The notes: generated by a model from the sequence alone, not told the origin. Positions 9,942-18,899 are shown, counted from the first letter of the stretch. The stretch is DNA of 64,000 nt from Clostridia bacterium (GCA_030592085.1 JAUUZV010000001.1:807-64806), one strand, 5' to 3'. Numbers and translations are program-made.

Positions 9942-10856
9942 TTACTCAAATGTAACAAAATCTTTAGCCATTAAACGGCCTTCTTTAATTATATCTTTGA
10001 TACTTAATAATCCAAAGATAACAATCATTAGTCCTATCGCGTCTAGTATTACACCTCCTGGAAATGTTGTTAATGCTGCTAAAACTACAGCTCCTCCTAC
10101 GAAGATTGCATTATTAACAGCATGAACTCCAATACTGAAAAGCAATCCTAAATTTCCAAACTTATATATAAAAATATTTAATATAAGTCTAAAAAGAGCA
10201 GCAAAAGCAAAAAGTCCTACGTTCATACTACCGTTATCGTTTAAATATGTATTATTAAATACGTGAAGAATAGCAAATAATACAACACTAAAAATCATAG
10301 ACATTGTAAAATCCCACACCTCATTACCTTTCTCTCCATAATCTAAATGTAAAAGTTTTCGTGTTCCAAGTCCAAGAACTAAACTACCCATTAAAACAAA
10401 ACCAAAACCAAGAACTATTTCTTCTATTACTGCTGCAGATAATACTGTAATAAAAAATACCCAAAAAGGAGATGTGGCAGCACTTAATGCTGAAAAAGTT
10501 TGACTACCTAATCCTACACCAAACTGAGCTAATGGTGCCATCACAAAAGGAGAATAAAAGTTCATACCCGTAAATGTTGAAAAACTAAAAAATATTAATA
10601 ATGAAATCACACCAAGAAACAACGCAAGAAATCCTCGTTCAGTTGTTCTATTAATAGGAATTTCAAACCAAAAATCAAGTTTTGCTAAATATTTAGCAAC
10701 GACGGCAATTAAAATAAAAACTACACCAATAATAAATAGCCATAAATATGCCACACCAGCTTCTAAGCCAAGTCGACTCAGCCAGTATAAACCAAAGAGT
10801 GCGAAAGTAAGAAATGTTGCAATTATTATATTGAATGGAAATTTTGAGTCTGTCAT
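9942..10856 (-). CDS. CPBP/CAAX-family intramembrane metalloprotease-like protein
   Basis: 304 aa with 7-8 TM helices. Motifs EEIVLG (EExxx), FAILH (FxxxH) and HAVNN (HxxxN) are typical of the Abi/CPBP family. Confidence 0.5.
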   Translation of the reverse strand: MTDSKFPFNIIIATFLTFALFGLYWLSRLGLEAGVAYLWLFIIGVVFILIAVVAKYLAKLDFWFEIPINRTTERGFLALFLGVISLLIFFSFSTFTGMNFYSPFVMAPLAQFGVGLGSQTFSALSAATSPFWVFFITVLSAAVIEEIVLGFGFVLMGSLVLGLGTRKLLHLDYGEKGNEVWDFTMSMIFSVVLFAILHVFNNTYLNDNGSMNVGLFAFAALFRLILNIFIYKFGNLGLLFSIGVHAVNNAIFVGGAVVLAALTTFPGGVILDAIGLMIVIFGLLSIKDIIKEGRLMAKDFVTFE

Positions 10857-10880
10857 ATATGATCACCTAAGTTAAGTTGT

Positions 10881-10903
10881 AAAAAATAAAAAAAATAAAA
10901 AAT
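10881..10903 (-). terminator. oligo-T tract 3' of gene 10916..12013
   Basis: AAAAAATAAAAAAAATAAAAAA on the plus strand, so a T-run on the transcribed minus strand with no hairpin. Confidence 0.4.
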
Positions 10904-10915
10904 TTAACATTTCAA

Positions 10916-12013
10916 TTAAGAAATGTCATATTTAAACTTAGGCAAATTAGCAGTTGCTACAGCAGCCTGATTTGCAGCATCTGTCCAACATCCAACCTTA
11001 ACTGTATCTTTTTCTTTTACAGAATTATATTTACCTTCTGCACAAAATTCTACAATTGGGTCAGTTGAAGGATTAACACCAGCAGCTGATTCCATATACA
11101 AATCTATAAAAGATTCTCTGTCACCAATACTACCGATTTCGTAGGCATACTCAAAACCCGAATATTTACGAAGATCATCTGGCATCATGCTTTGCATAAC
11201 ATCTACTAATTTTTGTCCACCATCTCTAGCTACGATTGGTTCATCCCATTCTGAGCCATCTGCATCAACCAACATCCAAACTTTTAAACCATCTTCACCA
11301 AATTGGTTTTTAGTATTGTTTGTTTTAATGTAGATTCGTGAATCTAGATATCCATCGGTACCAATAGTTAATGCAGTAGCACCAGCTTGATCAGCAATTG
11401 TGTCTTGTGTTCCATCAAAAGCTACATATCCTGTACCTGCTGCGGTAGTTCCAGCATTACCTGAATTGTTAAAGAAAGTTGATCCACCAGAATACTTATC
11501 TTCTACCTTAAATTTAGGTGAGTCGATAGCTTTTCCAACTAAATCACGCTTAACAAAAGCGCCACTTGCAACAAAACCTTCAGCTTCTTCAGCACTTGAA
11601 TAAGCATCTTGACTTGTTATAGCAACAGCACGCCATTTTGTACCTGATGTAAGACAAGGTAAATCAACTGCAGCTGAATATGAGCCATCTGTTGCTAGAG
11701 CACCTGAAGTAACTCTTTCCTGTCCTTCACTTTGAGGTATAAAATATACTGTTGGATCTCCGTATGTTATTACAGAAGCAAGACTTTCTTGGTATCTTAC
11801 TTGTCCACTTGTTGTTGAATCATCTGGGCAACTTACAATAGCCCCCACTGACTGAATACCTGTTTCTGTCAAAGCATCTTGCGGTGCAATTGTAGCAGCT
11901 GCAGGTCCAGTTGTTCTAGCGACAAAAACTATACTAGTAACTAAGATTGCAAGAGCAATTAGAACTAATATTGTCATACCGGTAGAAACTCCACCTTTCT
12001 TATTTCCTAACAT
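10916..12013 (-). CDS. secreted paralog B with class-III (type IV pilin-like) signal peptide
   Basis: N-terminus MLGNKKGG/VSTGMTILVLIALAILV resembles an archaeal prepilin/archaellin signal. The protein is homologous to ORF 8875..9936. Confidence 0.55.
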   Translation of the reverse strand: MLGNKKGGVSTGMTILVLIALAILVTSIVFVARTTGPAAATIAPQDALTETGIQSVGAIVSCPDDSTTSGQVRYQESLASVITYGDPTVYFIPQSEGQERVTSGALATDGSYSAAVDLPCLTSGTKWRAVAITSQDAYSSAEEAEGFVASGAFVKRDLVGKAIDSPKFKVEDKYSGGSTFFNNSGNAGTTAAGTGYVAFDGTQDTIADQAGATALTIGTDGYLDSRIYIKTNNTKNQFGEDGLKVWMLVDADGSEWDEPIVARDGGQKLVDVMQSMMPDDLRKYSGFEYAYEIGSIGDRESFIDLYMESAAGVNPSTDPIVEFCAEGKYNSVKEKDTVKVGCWTDAANQAAVATANLPKFKYDIS

Positions 12014-12413
12014 TTTATTTTTTAAAGCAGATTTTTAAGAGACCTTTTTAATATGCATGTCAAAACATAGACGTTATAAAACACTTGTGTTCAACAAACA
12101 TAATCCCCTGATTTCATCTTTAAAATTTATCACTGCTTAACGATATATTTTGTTGACAAAATCAAATATTTACTATTTTTACGATATATCTATATACATT
12201 AGAAATTATATATAACCTTTGGCTCTCCAGAACCATCAGACTCTTAAAGGTTCGTTCATTCCTGGACAATAAAAAACACAGGGGGCTTTATACGTACTTC
12301 CATACTTATAAAAACATATATTTATATATGATGAAGTATTCAGCAAGGTTTTATAAATGATGAAATCTACAGAATACAAATGTTTAAATACTATAAAATA
12401 GTATTTTTGAACT

Positions 12414-12758
12414 ATGAATTATCAAATTTTTATTATTCTAACCATAATCCATATATTATTTATGTTAATAATTTTCACAATAAATCATTTTTTTGATGAT
12501 AATTTAATAATGAAAATATTTGCATATTTTAGTGCTTTTAGTTTAAACATAATAACCTTCTATATTTTTATTTATATCATAAACATAGCACAATCATTAA
12601 TACTACTTAATTATTTCTTAATTACATCCATAATTTTTATAATATATTTTATACTTAATGAAGACTGGCTATTTAGAATTAATAAAATCTTAAATTTGGT
12701 ACTAATGAGTTTATTAGGAATTACTATTTATTTTACTTTTATAATTTTAACATTCTAG
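12414..12758 (+). CDS. very hydrophobic ORF, possibly a membrane protein or an artefact of low complexity
   Basis: 114-aa ORF rich in Ile/Phe, located in the divergent intergenic region. Confidence 0.2.
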   Translation: MNYQIFIILTIIHILFMLIIFTINHFFDDNLIMKIFAYFSAFSLNIITFYIFIYIINIAQSLILLNYFLITSIIFIIYFILNEDWLFRINKILNLVLMSLLGITIYFTFIILTF

Positions 12759-12786
12759 AAATAAAAAAATAAAAAAATAAAAAAAA
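12759..12786 (-). terminator. oligo-T tract 3' of gene 12787..13191
   Basis: ATAAAAAAATAAAAAAATAAAAAAAA on the plus strand, immediately after the minus-strand stop codon. Confidence 0.4.
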
Positions 12787-13191
12787 TTACTTAGTAATTT
12801 TTTCAAGCTTTGCTTTATCTTTGATAATTCTATCTTCAAGTTTTTTCTTAGTTTCAGCATCTTTTACTGCGTTCTGAGCTTTTCGATTCTCATCTTTAGC
12901 TGCTTTTAAAACTTTCTTAGCTTCTACTTCAACAGCTTTAGCGCCCTTTCTCTTATAATATGCTCTAGTTTTTTCAACCTTAATTTTCTTAAAAGCTGCT
13001 AATTCTTTAGTATATGCTTTAACAATCTCTTTTTGTTTAGCATCCCAAATTTTATATGTAGGTAATCTAGTTACAGTACCATCACTTTGAACTGTATATC
13101 TATAACCTTCTTCTACTTCAATTTTTTGATCTGTTTTTTCCGCTGGTATCGGAAATGCTGGTTTTACTGGTTTTTCATTTTCTTCTGCCAT
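12787..13191 (-). CDS. Lys/Glu-rich basic protein, hypothetical (start at the second Met, MAEENEK)
   Basis: A strong SD, AAGGAGGGGAAA, lies 7 nt before the second ATG, and a TATATAAA element sits about 45 nt upstream. An oligo-T terminator follows the gene. Confidence 0.5.
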   Translation of the reverse strand: MAEENEKPVKPAFPIPAEKTDQKIEVEEGYRYTVQSDGTVTRLPTYKIWDAKQKEIVKAYTKELAAFKKIKVEKTRAYYKRKGAKAVEVEAKKVLKAAKDENRKAQNAVKDAETKKKLEDRIIKDKAKLEKITK

Positions 13192-13430
13192 TTTCCCCTC
13201 CTTAAGGTTTTTAATAAATGAAAGTTTTATCATTTATATACTTTTAGATTCTCAAGAGATAATATCATAATATGTAATAGTTTTTTTCATTTATTTATTT
13301 TTTTTTCATTAAAAAATAAATAATTTTGATCTACATTAAAAAAATTATAACTAACTAATATACATATTCAAAAATAACAATATATTTAAATACAAAATTC
13401 TTAAAAAATATATAATCAGGGGATGTATGC

Positions 13431-13691
13431 ATGGAAAATGAAGCAGACATATATAAATATTATATAGGTAAAAGAGTTCGTATAACAAAACAACTGGCTA
13501 ATGGTAAAAATTTTTTCTATAGAGGCTTAGCAACTAAATTAATTAATAATAAATTAATTATTAATGATAAATATGTTGGCCAAATAGTAATAGCTTTTGA
13601 TGAAATTAAATTAATAGAAGTTATGTCACATAAATTAGATGACTTTAAAGATGTTCTGCCAGAAAATACGGACGATAAAAAAAATGAATGA
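13431..13691 (+). CDS. small beta-rich protein, possibly Sm-like or SH3-like
   Basis: 86-aa ORF with the pattern GKRVRI..(n)..G.L..(n)..VGQIVIAFDEIKLIEV. A TATATAAT element lies about 20 nt upstream. Confidence 0.3.
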   Translation: MENEADIYKYYIGKRVRITKQLANGKNFFYRGLATKLINNKLIINDKYVGQIVIAFDEIKLIEVMSHKLDDFKDVLPENTDDKKNE

Positions 13692-16377
13692 AATATTTAA
13701 TGTAAACGATGTCGAAAAAACATTTCAATTAACCAACTATGATGAAATAGAAATACGTGTTATTGAACCTAAAAAAGGTTCAAAAAACATTAAAACATTT
13801 CATACTCACAACAAACAAGATTTTATTAATAAAGCTAAAGAATTCTCAGGACAATCAATAAATCAAATTTATCATAGTGTATTCTTTGGAGTTAACGAAA
13901 GAAAAAAAGGTTGTAGTAAAGAAAAAGATATTTTCAAAGTAAATATTCTTCCTATCGATTTAGATTACAAAAGAGAATCATATACTAGTACTACTGATGA
14001 ACAAGTAAAATATACTATTGAAATAGGTCACAAATTAAGACAGTGGTTTATTGATAATAACTTTGAAGCTCCTTCTATGTCAATGAGTGGAAATGGAGTT
14101 GGATTATACCTAAAAGTACCGGCTATTCCTTTCAAAAACAATGAAGCTATGCTTGATTTTAAAGCTAAGTGGACATTATTTACTAAAAAAATACGAAAAA
14201 TTATAACAAATATGACTGATAAAGTTGAAGTTGATTACATACAAGATCTAAGTAGAATATTTAAAATTGTAGGAACTATGTCTGTAAAAGGAAATAAACA
14301 CAGACTAACAAAATGGATTGAATATAATAATAAAGAAGATGAAAACTTAAAAGAATATATTATGCAAATGGACGCTGAAGAAGAAAAAACCAAACCAATT
14401 GAAGTTAAACCTTTAAGTAAAGATATGTTAAAAAAAATCATTGAAGATGCTAATATTCAAGAATTACTAAATATGAAAGGAGAACAGGGAAAAAGAAGTG
14501 AGTTAGAACAAAAATTATTTAATAAGTTAGTACTAAAAGGAATAACTGATTTTAAACAATTAGACGCTATTATGAGTACTTGTAAGATTGGTAAATGGCA
14601 AGAAGGAACCAAATCTTATAAAGAGCATACATATAAAAATTCTTTAGCGTTTGTTGCTAAACTTAAAAAAAATAAGCCAAAACAAACTGGAAGTTATATC
14701 AGTGTTGAATTAAGCGATAATAGATATTTAATTAATAATAAATCAGGAATTTTTATACAAAAAGAACAGTATGATAAAAATAAAAAAGAACCATTTTATA
14801 CAAAAGAAAGAACAATTCATACTTGGCATATAGAAAAAGTAATTGTTGAACTATCCGCATACATGGATGACTTCTATTTTAAAATATTTGTTACTGATAA
14901 CAAACACAAACGAGAATTAAAAGGAACTATTGATGAAGTAGCTGAACTATTTAAAAAAATTCCTGGTTGTTGTGAATCTAGAAGTGTAAAAGATTGTATG
15001 TCACATCTGGTTAGTTTTTTGCAAACAGAAGAACGAGTAGAAATTGAAAAAAATCCTTTAACAACTGCGTTTGGGTTTGCTTATGATAAAGAAAATAAAA
15101 AAATAATTATAAAAGATGTGCTTCAAAACACTAAAATGGTTGAAGAAGTCACAAAAGAACAACTAAAAAAAGGTTTAGACGCCCTGTTTACTATTATAGA
15201 TAGTTATAATAAATCAGAATCACATAGAAATGAGTTAATAAGAATCATGGCAACTGGTTTGATTTATCCGTTTGGTTATATAAGAAAACAAATGTTACAG
15301 TTAGCTCCATTTGTAATTGTAAATGGACCATCAGGAACTGGAAAGACTTTAAGTGGTGATGTTATTCTTTGTATGTGGGGTTGTTGGGGTAAAAGAGGTT
15401 TTGAACATTCTGGAAGTACTGTTAATGGAGCTTATCAATTAGCAAAAAAATGTAGTGAAAATACAATGTTCTTATTGATAAACGAAGCTGGACAGTTTTT
15501 AGCTAAATTCTCTGAAAATAACGAGATCACAGAATTGTTAAAAAATATGGTTGAATCTCCATTCCCAATACGAGATAAAAAAAGTGGAATGTTTATTTCT
15601 TTTAGGACTCCTTTCTTAACTGCCAACTATCCTTTTAAATTTAGTACTGATGCGTTAAGATTAAAGACTTTAGTGTTCTCTTTTGAGAACGATTTTACAC
15701 ATTCAGGTGATGAAAGAGCAGAAGTAATGCAATTATTAAGTTCATCTGAAAGAGATTTATCTTATATTGGTTCTTGGCTAACAAATAAAGTATCACAACA
15801 TGATAAAAAATATTTTGATATTATTACACAGAAAGATTATGCAAAAGCTTCTATGGATTTACTTAAAGAGTTGCTTGCTGATTCTGGAATGAATCATGAT
15901 TTACCAACACCTCCAGTAGTAGGGTCTTACATAAATAATGAAACTACATCATTTTGGGAAAATATGATTGATTATATGAGAATAGAAATAATAAAAAGAG
16001 CTAAACAAGTTGCAAGTATTGATGAATCAAAAGAAGGATTAAATGTAAGACAGTGTATAGATATAATTATAGATAAAAATAATTTACCTACTTGGTTAAT
16101 AACTATTCACAAAGATGTGGAATTAAAAGTACTTGTACCTGCTGAAATTCAACAATATGTGCAGACATTCTCTAAAGAAACCTTTGAAATGGGAGTTTAT
16201 GAGAAAGAAGTAAAAAATAGAGATGGTTATGATTATGTAAAAAGTAAAAATGTGCGTGTGCACGGTAAATCTACCAAAAAAAGTGGCATGTATGTGTTAA
16301 AGTCAAAATTTGTTGAGTTATTCGAAGAGCGTGCGCACCTTGAAAAACAAAAAACATTGTCTAATTCTGCACCATAA
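13639..16377 (+). CDS. primase-helicase: AEP-type primase domain fused to a D5-like SF3 helicase
   Basis: N-terminal region has ILPIDLDYK (DxD) and MSGNGVGLY (sGxGxH-like), which are AEP primase motifs. C-terminal region has the Walker A VNGPSGTGKT followed by LLINEAG (Walker B). The start may instead be the ATG at 13684 (MNEIFNV). Confidence 0.7.
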   Translation: MTLKMFCQKIRTIKKMNEIFNVNDVEKTFQLTNYDEIEIRVIEPKKGSKNIKTFHTHNKQDFINKAKEFSGQSINQIYHSVFFGVNERKKGCSKEKDIFKVNILPIDLDYKRESYTSTTDEQVKYTIEIGHKLRQWFIDNNFEAPSMSMSGNGVGLYLKVPAIPFKNNEAMLDFKAKWTLFTKKIRKIITNMTDKVEVDYIQDLSRIFKIVGTMSVKGNKHRLTKWIEYNNKEDENLKEYIMQMDAEEEKTKPIEVKPLSKDMLKKIIEDANIQELLNMKGEQGKRSELEQKLFNKLVLKGITDFKQLDAIMSTCKIGKWQEGTKSYKEHTYKNSLAFVAKLKKNKPKQTGSYISVELSDNRYLINNKSGIFIQKEQYDKNKKEPFYTKERTIHTWHIEKVIVELSAYMDDFYFKIFVTDNKHKRELKGTIDEVAELFKKIPGCCESRSVKDCMSHLVSFLQTEERVEIEKNPLTTAFGFAYDKENKKIIIKDVLQNTKMVEEVTKEQLKKGLDALFTIIDSYNKSESHRNELIRIMATGLIYPFGYIRKQMLQLAPFVIVNGPSGTGKTLSGDVILCMWGCWGKRGFEHSGSTVNGAYQLAKKCSENTMFLLINEAGQFLAKFSENNEITELLKNMVESPFPIRDKKSGMFISFRTPFLTANYPFKFSTDALRLKTLVFSFENDFTHSGDERAEVMQLLSSSERDLSYIGSWLTNKVSQHDKKYFDIITQKDYAKASMDLLKELLADSGMNHDLPTPPVVGSYINNETTSFWENMIDYMRIEIIKRAKQVASIDESKEGLNVRQCIDIIIDKNNLPTWLITIHKDVELKVLVPAEIQQYVQTFSKETFEMGVYEKEVKNRDGYDYVKSKNVRVHGKSTKKSGMYVLKSKFVELFEERAHLEKQKTLSNSAP

Positions 16378-16389
16378 AACTCTTTTAGG

Positions 16390-16550
16390 TAAGCACGTTA
16401 CGCCTAATATGCCCGCAAAAAAACCAACGTCCTTATATTATTTTACAAAGTTCTATTTTATCATGGGAGCACCCGGGAGCATCGTAACCATTATGCTCAA
16501 CGGGCTTAACGGGCTTACCCTGCTTACCGCGCTTACTACGCTTACTCCCC
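16390..16550. promoter_or_regulatory. GC-rich island with short direct repeats; candidate replication origin or iteron region
   Basis: GGGAGCA occurs twice, and five tandem 9-bp units ending in GCTTA(C) span 16501..16545. The island sits in AT-rich DNA directly 3' of the primase-helicase gene. Confidence 0.35.
16501..16545. repeat. 5 x 9-bp tandem repeat (acgggctta acgggctta ccctgctta ccgcgctta ctacgctta)
   Basis: Read directly from the sequence. Confidence 0.7.
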
Positions 16551-16727
16551 TTTATATATAAATATTTAATAATAATAATAAATATATATATAAGAACAGT
16601 TTCTTTATGATGTGATTGTTGGAGGAGCAACAAACATATAAATCAACGAATTATTATGGAATAAAGATGTACAAAAAATCATAATTTTTTTGTTAAAAAA
16701 ATAAAACCAAATGGAGGAAATTAAAAA

Positions 16728-17105
16728 ATGAAAAGAGTAGAATTACTAAAGATTGATGTAGATAAGTATGTAAACGATAAAGCCCAGATTGTTTCAGCTG
16801 AGGTAGTTAAGTTGAAATTTGGAACAGTAATAAAAGTTTTAACAAACCCGTTAGAACTTAAAGGAGATGATAAGCTCCCAGAAGGTCGTCATTTGACTGG
16901 AAGTATTTTATTAGGATTGGTAGATTCAGATGAAGGTTTGGCTATTGGAATAGATGGTAAATCTGAAAAATGGTTAATTGCTCATGGAGTAGATGTGACA
17001 AAAGATATTCCAGATGACTTAAAGATTGGAGATCAATGCAAAGCACTTCTTGGAAAAGATGTAGTTGTTCAAAAGAATACTGGCGGTTTCTTAGAAATTG
17101 CTTAA
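16728..17105 (+). CDS. hypothetical acidic protein
   Basis: 125-aa ORF with a strong SD, GGAGGAAATTAAAAA, before the ATG. Confidence 0.45.
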   Translation: MKRVELLKIDVDKYVNDKAQIVSAEVVKLKFGTVIKVLTNPLELKGDDKLPEGRHLTGSILLGLVDSDEGLAIGIDGKSEKWLIAHGVDVTKDIPDDLKIGDQCKALLGKDVVVQKNTGGFLEIA

Positions 17106-17125
17106 TTTTTTTTATTTTTTTTAAA

Positions 17126-17518
17126 ATGCGAAATGATGGTGTTAATTATGAAGAACATATTAACAAGTTTTTTAAAGGAACGAACGTGTCTAATATACAT
17201 AATTACTGTGATATAGAGACTAAAAGTTCGTTATATGAAGTAAAAGGATGTAAAATATACTTAGAAAACAAGACTGGGTCAATGAGTTTAGGAAGATACC
17301 AAATAAATTTTGATAATCACAAACAATTAAAACAAGAAGCTGATAAGTTAAATAAAAAAGCAAAATATGTTTTTTTGTTAAGAATTGACAGACAAAAAAT
17401 ATTTAAAACAATGTCGTGGTTGGTAGTAAATCATATATTATTATTAGAAGGTCGAGAATTTAAAAAAGAAGATAGTGAAACAAAAATGTATAATATAAGA
17501 TTAAGGAGCGTGTGGTAA
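17126..17518 (+). CDS. PD-(D/E)xK nuclease-like protein, possibly an Hjc/RecB-like resolvase
   Basis: YCDIETKSSLYEVKGCK fits a D...E.K nuclease core. The internal Met at 17126 was chosen because the track ORF start at 17036 overlaps the upstream gene. Confidence 0.3.
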   Translation: MRNDGVNYEEHINKFFKGTNVSNIHNYCDIETKSSLYEVKGCKIYLENKTGSMSLGRYQINFDNHKQLKQEADKLNKKAKYVFLLRIDRQKIFKTMSWLVVNHILLLEGREFKKEDSETKMYNIRLRSVW

Positions 17519-17519
17519 A

Positions 17520-17909
17520 ATGTTTAAATTAAAAAAAGAATTTAATATTAGTTGTAGTCATAGACTTTTTGATATGGATGCGTCAGATGAAACAAATAGT
17601 ATAATTTTTGGTAGATGTTGTAAAAATCATGGGCACAATTATAAAATAATTCTTTATCTTAAATCTGACTCATTAAAGCATGGTATGTTATTAAATTTTA
17701 ATGAAATAAAAGACATTTTCAACTTACATATAGATAATGTATATGATCATAAATTTTTGAATGATTGTCCTGGTTTTGAAAACGTTATACCAACTGCAGA
17801 AAATATGTGTAAAGTGTTTTTTAATAAGCTTAAAGTACATTTATCGACTTTATATGCTGTAGAAATATATGAAACAGAAGGTGCTTCTGCTATTTATGAG
17901 GATGATTAA
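17520..17909 (+). CDS. queD: 6-carboxy-5,6,7,8-tetrahydropterin synthase (QueD/PTPS family)
   Basis: CSHRLFDMD, CCKNHGHNYKI (CxxxHGH) and DHKFLND are QueD/PTPS signature motifs. SD AAGGAG upstream. Confidence 0.7.
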   Translation: MFKLKKEFNISCSHRLFDMDASDETNSIIFGRCCKNHGHNYKIILYLKSDSLKHGMLLNFNEIKDIFNLHIDNVYDHKFLNDCPGFENVIPTAENMCKVFFNKLKVHLSTLYAVEIYETEGASAIYEDD

Positions 17910-17910
17910 A

Positions 17911-18495
17911 ATGAAAGTGAATGAAATGTTTGAATCGTTGCAAGGCGAAGGTCGTTTTGTTGGATATCCTGTTATGTTTATTAGAATGTCAGGGTGTAAT
18001 AGGTCTTGCGTCTTTTGCGACACATCTTATCATAACGAAGGAGAAGAACTGTCAGTAGAACAAATGGTTAAAAAGATAGATAAAAGTAATATGAATATTA
18101 TTATTTTTACTGGAGGAGAACCTATGATGCAGTTCGATGATATTATAAAAGTTATTGAACAAACAAAAGATAAACAATATCATATTGAAACTAATGGTGA
18201 TTTATTAGTTCCTGAAAGTTATTTTGATTATGTATGTTTTTCACCTAAAAGTGAAGAAGGTTTAAATAAAGCATTAGGATATCCTGGTATATGTGATATA
18301 AAAGTAGTTACAGATTTAAATTTAAATAAAAATATGTTAGAGTCAGCGACGATGATAATGCCGTTAACAACTATATCAGATATTAAAAATTTAAAAATTA
18401 AACAACAAGTATGGAAGTATTGTGAGAAACATAACAAGCGATATGCACCTAGACTTCATGTGGATGTTTGGGGAATGTCTAAACGAGGAGTTTAA
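17911..18495 (+). CDS. queE: 7-carboxy-7-deazaguanine synthase (QueE, radical SAM)
   Basis: Start is the ATG after GAGGATGA. MFESLQGEGRFVGYPVMFIRMSGCNRSCVFCDT carries the radical-SAM CxxxCxxC cluster motif and a QueE-like N-terminus. Confidence 0.75.
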   Translation: MKVNEMFESLQGEGRFVGYPVMFIRMSGCNRSCVFCDTSYHNEGEELSVEQMVKKIDKSNMNIIIFTGGEPMMQFDDIIKVIEQTKDKQYHIETNGDLLVPESYFDYVCFSPKSEEGLNKALGYPGICDIKVVTDLNLNKNMLESATMIMPLTTISDIKNLKIKQQVWKYCEKHNKRYAPRLHVDVWGMSKRGV

Positions 18496-18885
18496 ATGAG
18501 AGATAATACAGATAATCTAAACAAAATGTATATTAGTTGGGAACAGTTTGGTATTGATATTGATAAATTAGCAAATCTTATTAGTTTAGAAGCTAGAGAG
18601 TTTGATAGCATTTATGGAATACCTCGTAATGGCACTATTATATCTAGTATTCTATCAAAAATGTTAAATTTGAAAATGGTTGATTATCCAGACTCCACTA
18701 GAACTCTTATAGTTGACGATATTTCGGATTCAGGAAAAACCTTAAAGGAATATAAGAACAAATTTAACGGTAATGTGATAGCTTGTATTTTTTATCGACA
18801 AAATACAGAAATAATGCCAGATATAGTTGTATATGATGCACAAAAAGATTGGATTGTATTTCCTTTTGAATTAAATGAAAAATAA
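18496..18885 (+). CDS. xanthine-guanine phosphoribosyltransferase-like type I PRTase
   Basis: TLIVDDISDSGKTL is a PRPP-binding motif. The N-terminal YISWEQF, the central GIPRNGTIISSIL and the C-terminal VVYDAQKDWIVFPF are collinear with E. coli Gpt. Confidence 0.65.
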   Translation: MRDNTDNLNKMYISWEQFGIDIDKLANLISLEAREFDSIYGIPRNGTIISSILSKMLNLKMVDYPDSTRTLIVDDISDSGKTLKEYKNKFNGNVIACIFYRQNTEIMPDIVVYDAQKDWIVFPFELNEK

Positions 18886-18899
18886 TTAATATAATAAAA

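Noticed and set aside
12225-12290. Possible tRNA or ncRNA in the divergent intergenic region (ggctctccagaaccatcagactcttaaaggttcgttcattcctggac)
   Set aside because: It contains a GGTTCG-like segment and short complementary arms (TCCAG/CTGGA, AACC/GGTT). No canonical cloverleaf (acceptor, D, anticodon, T-arm with TTCRA) can be built on either strand. It is more likely a regulatory hairpin.
13639-13683. Upstream start of the primase-helicase (MTLKMFCQ…)
   Set aside because: It cannot be decided from the sequence. 13639 would overlap the preceding small ORF by 53 nt, whereas the ATG at 13684 (MNEIFNV) follows that ORF's stop directly. Track coordinates are kept and the alternative is noted.
16466-16551. 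GC-rich island read as a possible long-variable-arm tRNA (GGGAG…CTCCC ends pair)
   Set aside because: No T-loop consensus and no consistent D or anticodon arms. The 9-bp periodic GCTTA repeats favour iterons over a tRNA.
16310-16633. Track ORFs 16310-16561 (+) and 16433-16633 (-) overlapping the GC-rich island
   Set aside because: They overlap each other and the repeat island, and have no RBS. The region is interpreted as non-coding origin or regulatory DNA.
17036-17125. Longer N-terminus for the nuclease-like ORF (track start 17036)
   Set aside because: The extension overlaps the 3' end of gene 16728-17105 and lacks an RBS. The internal ATG at 17126 is preferred.
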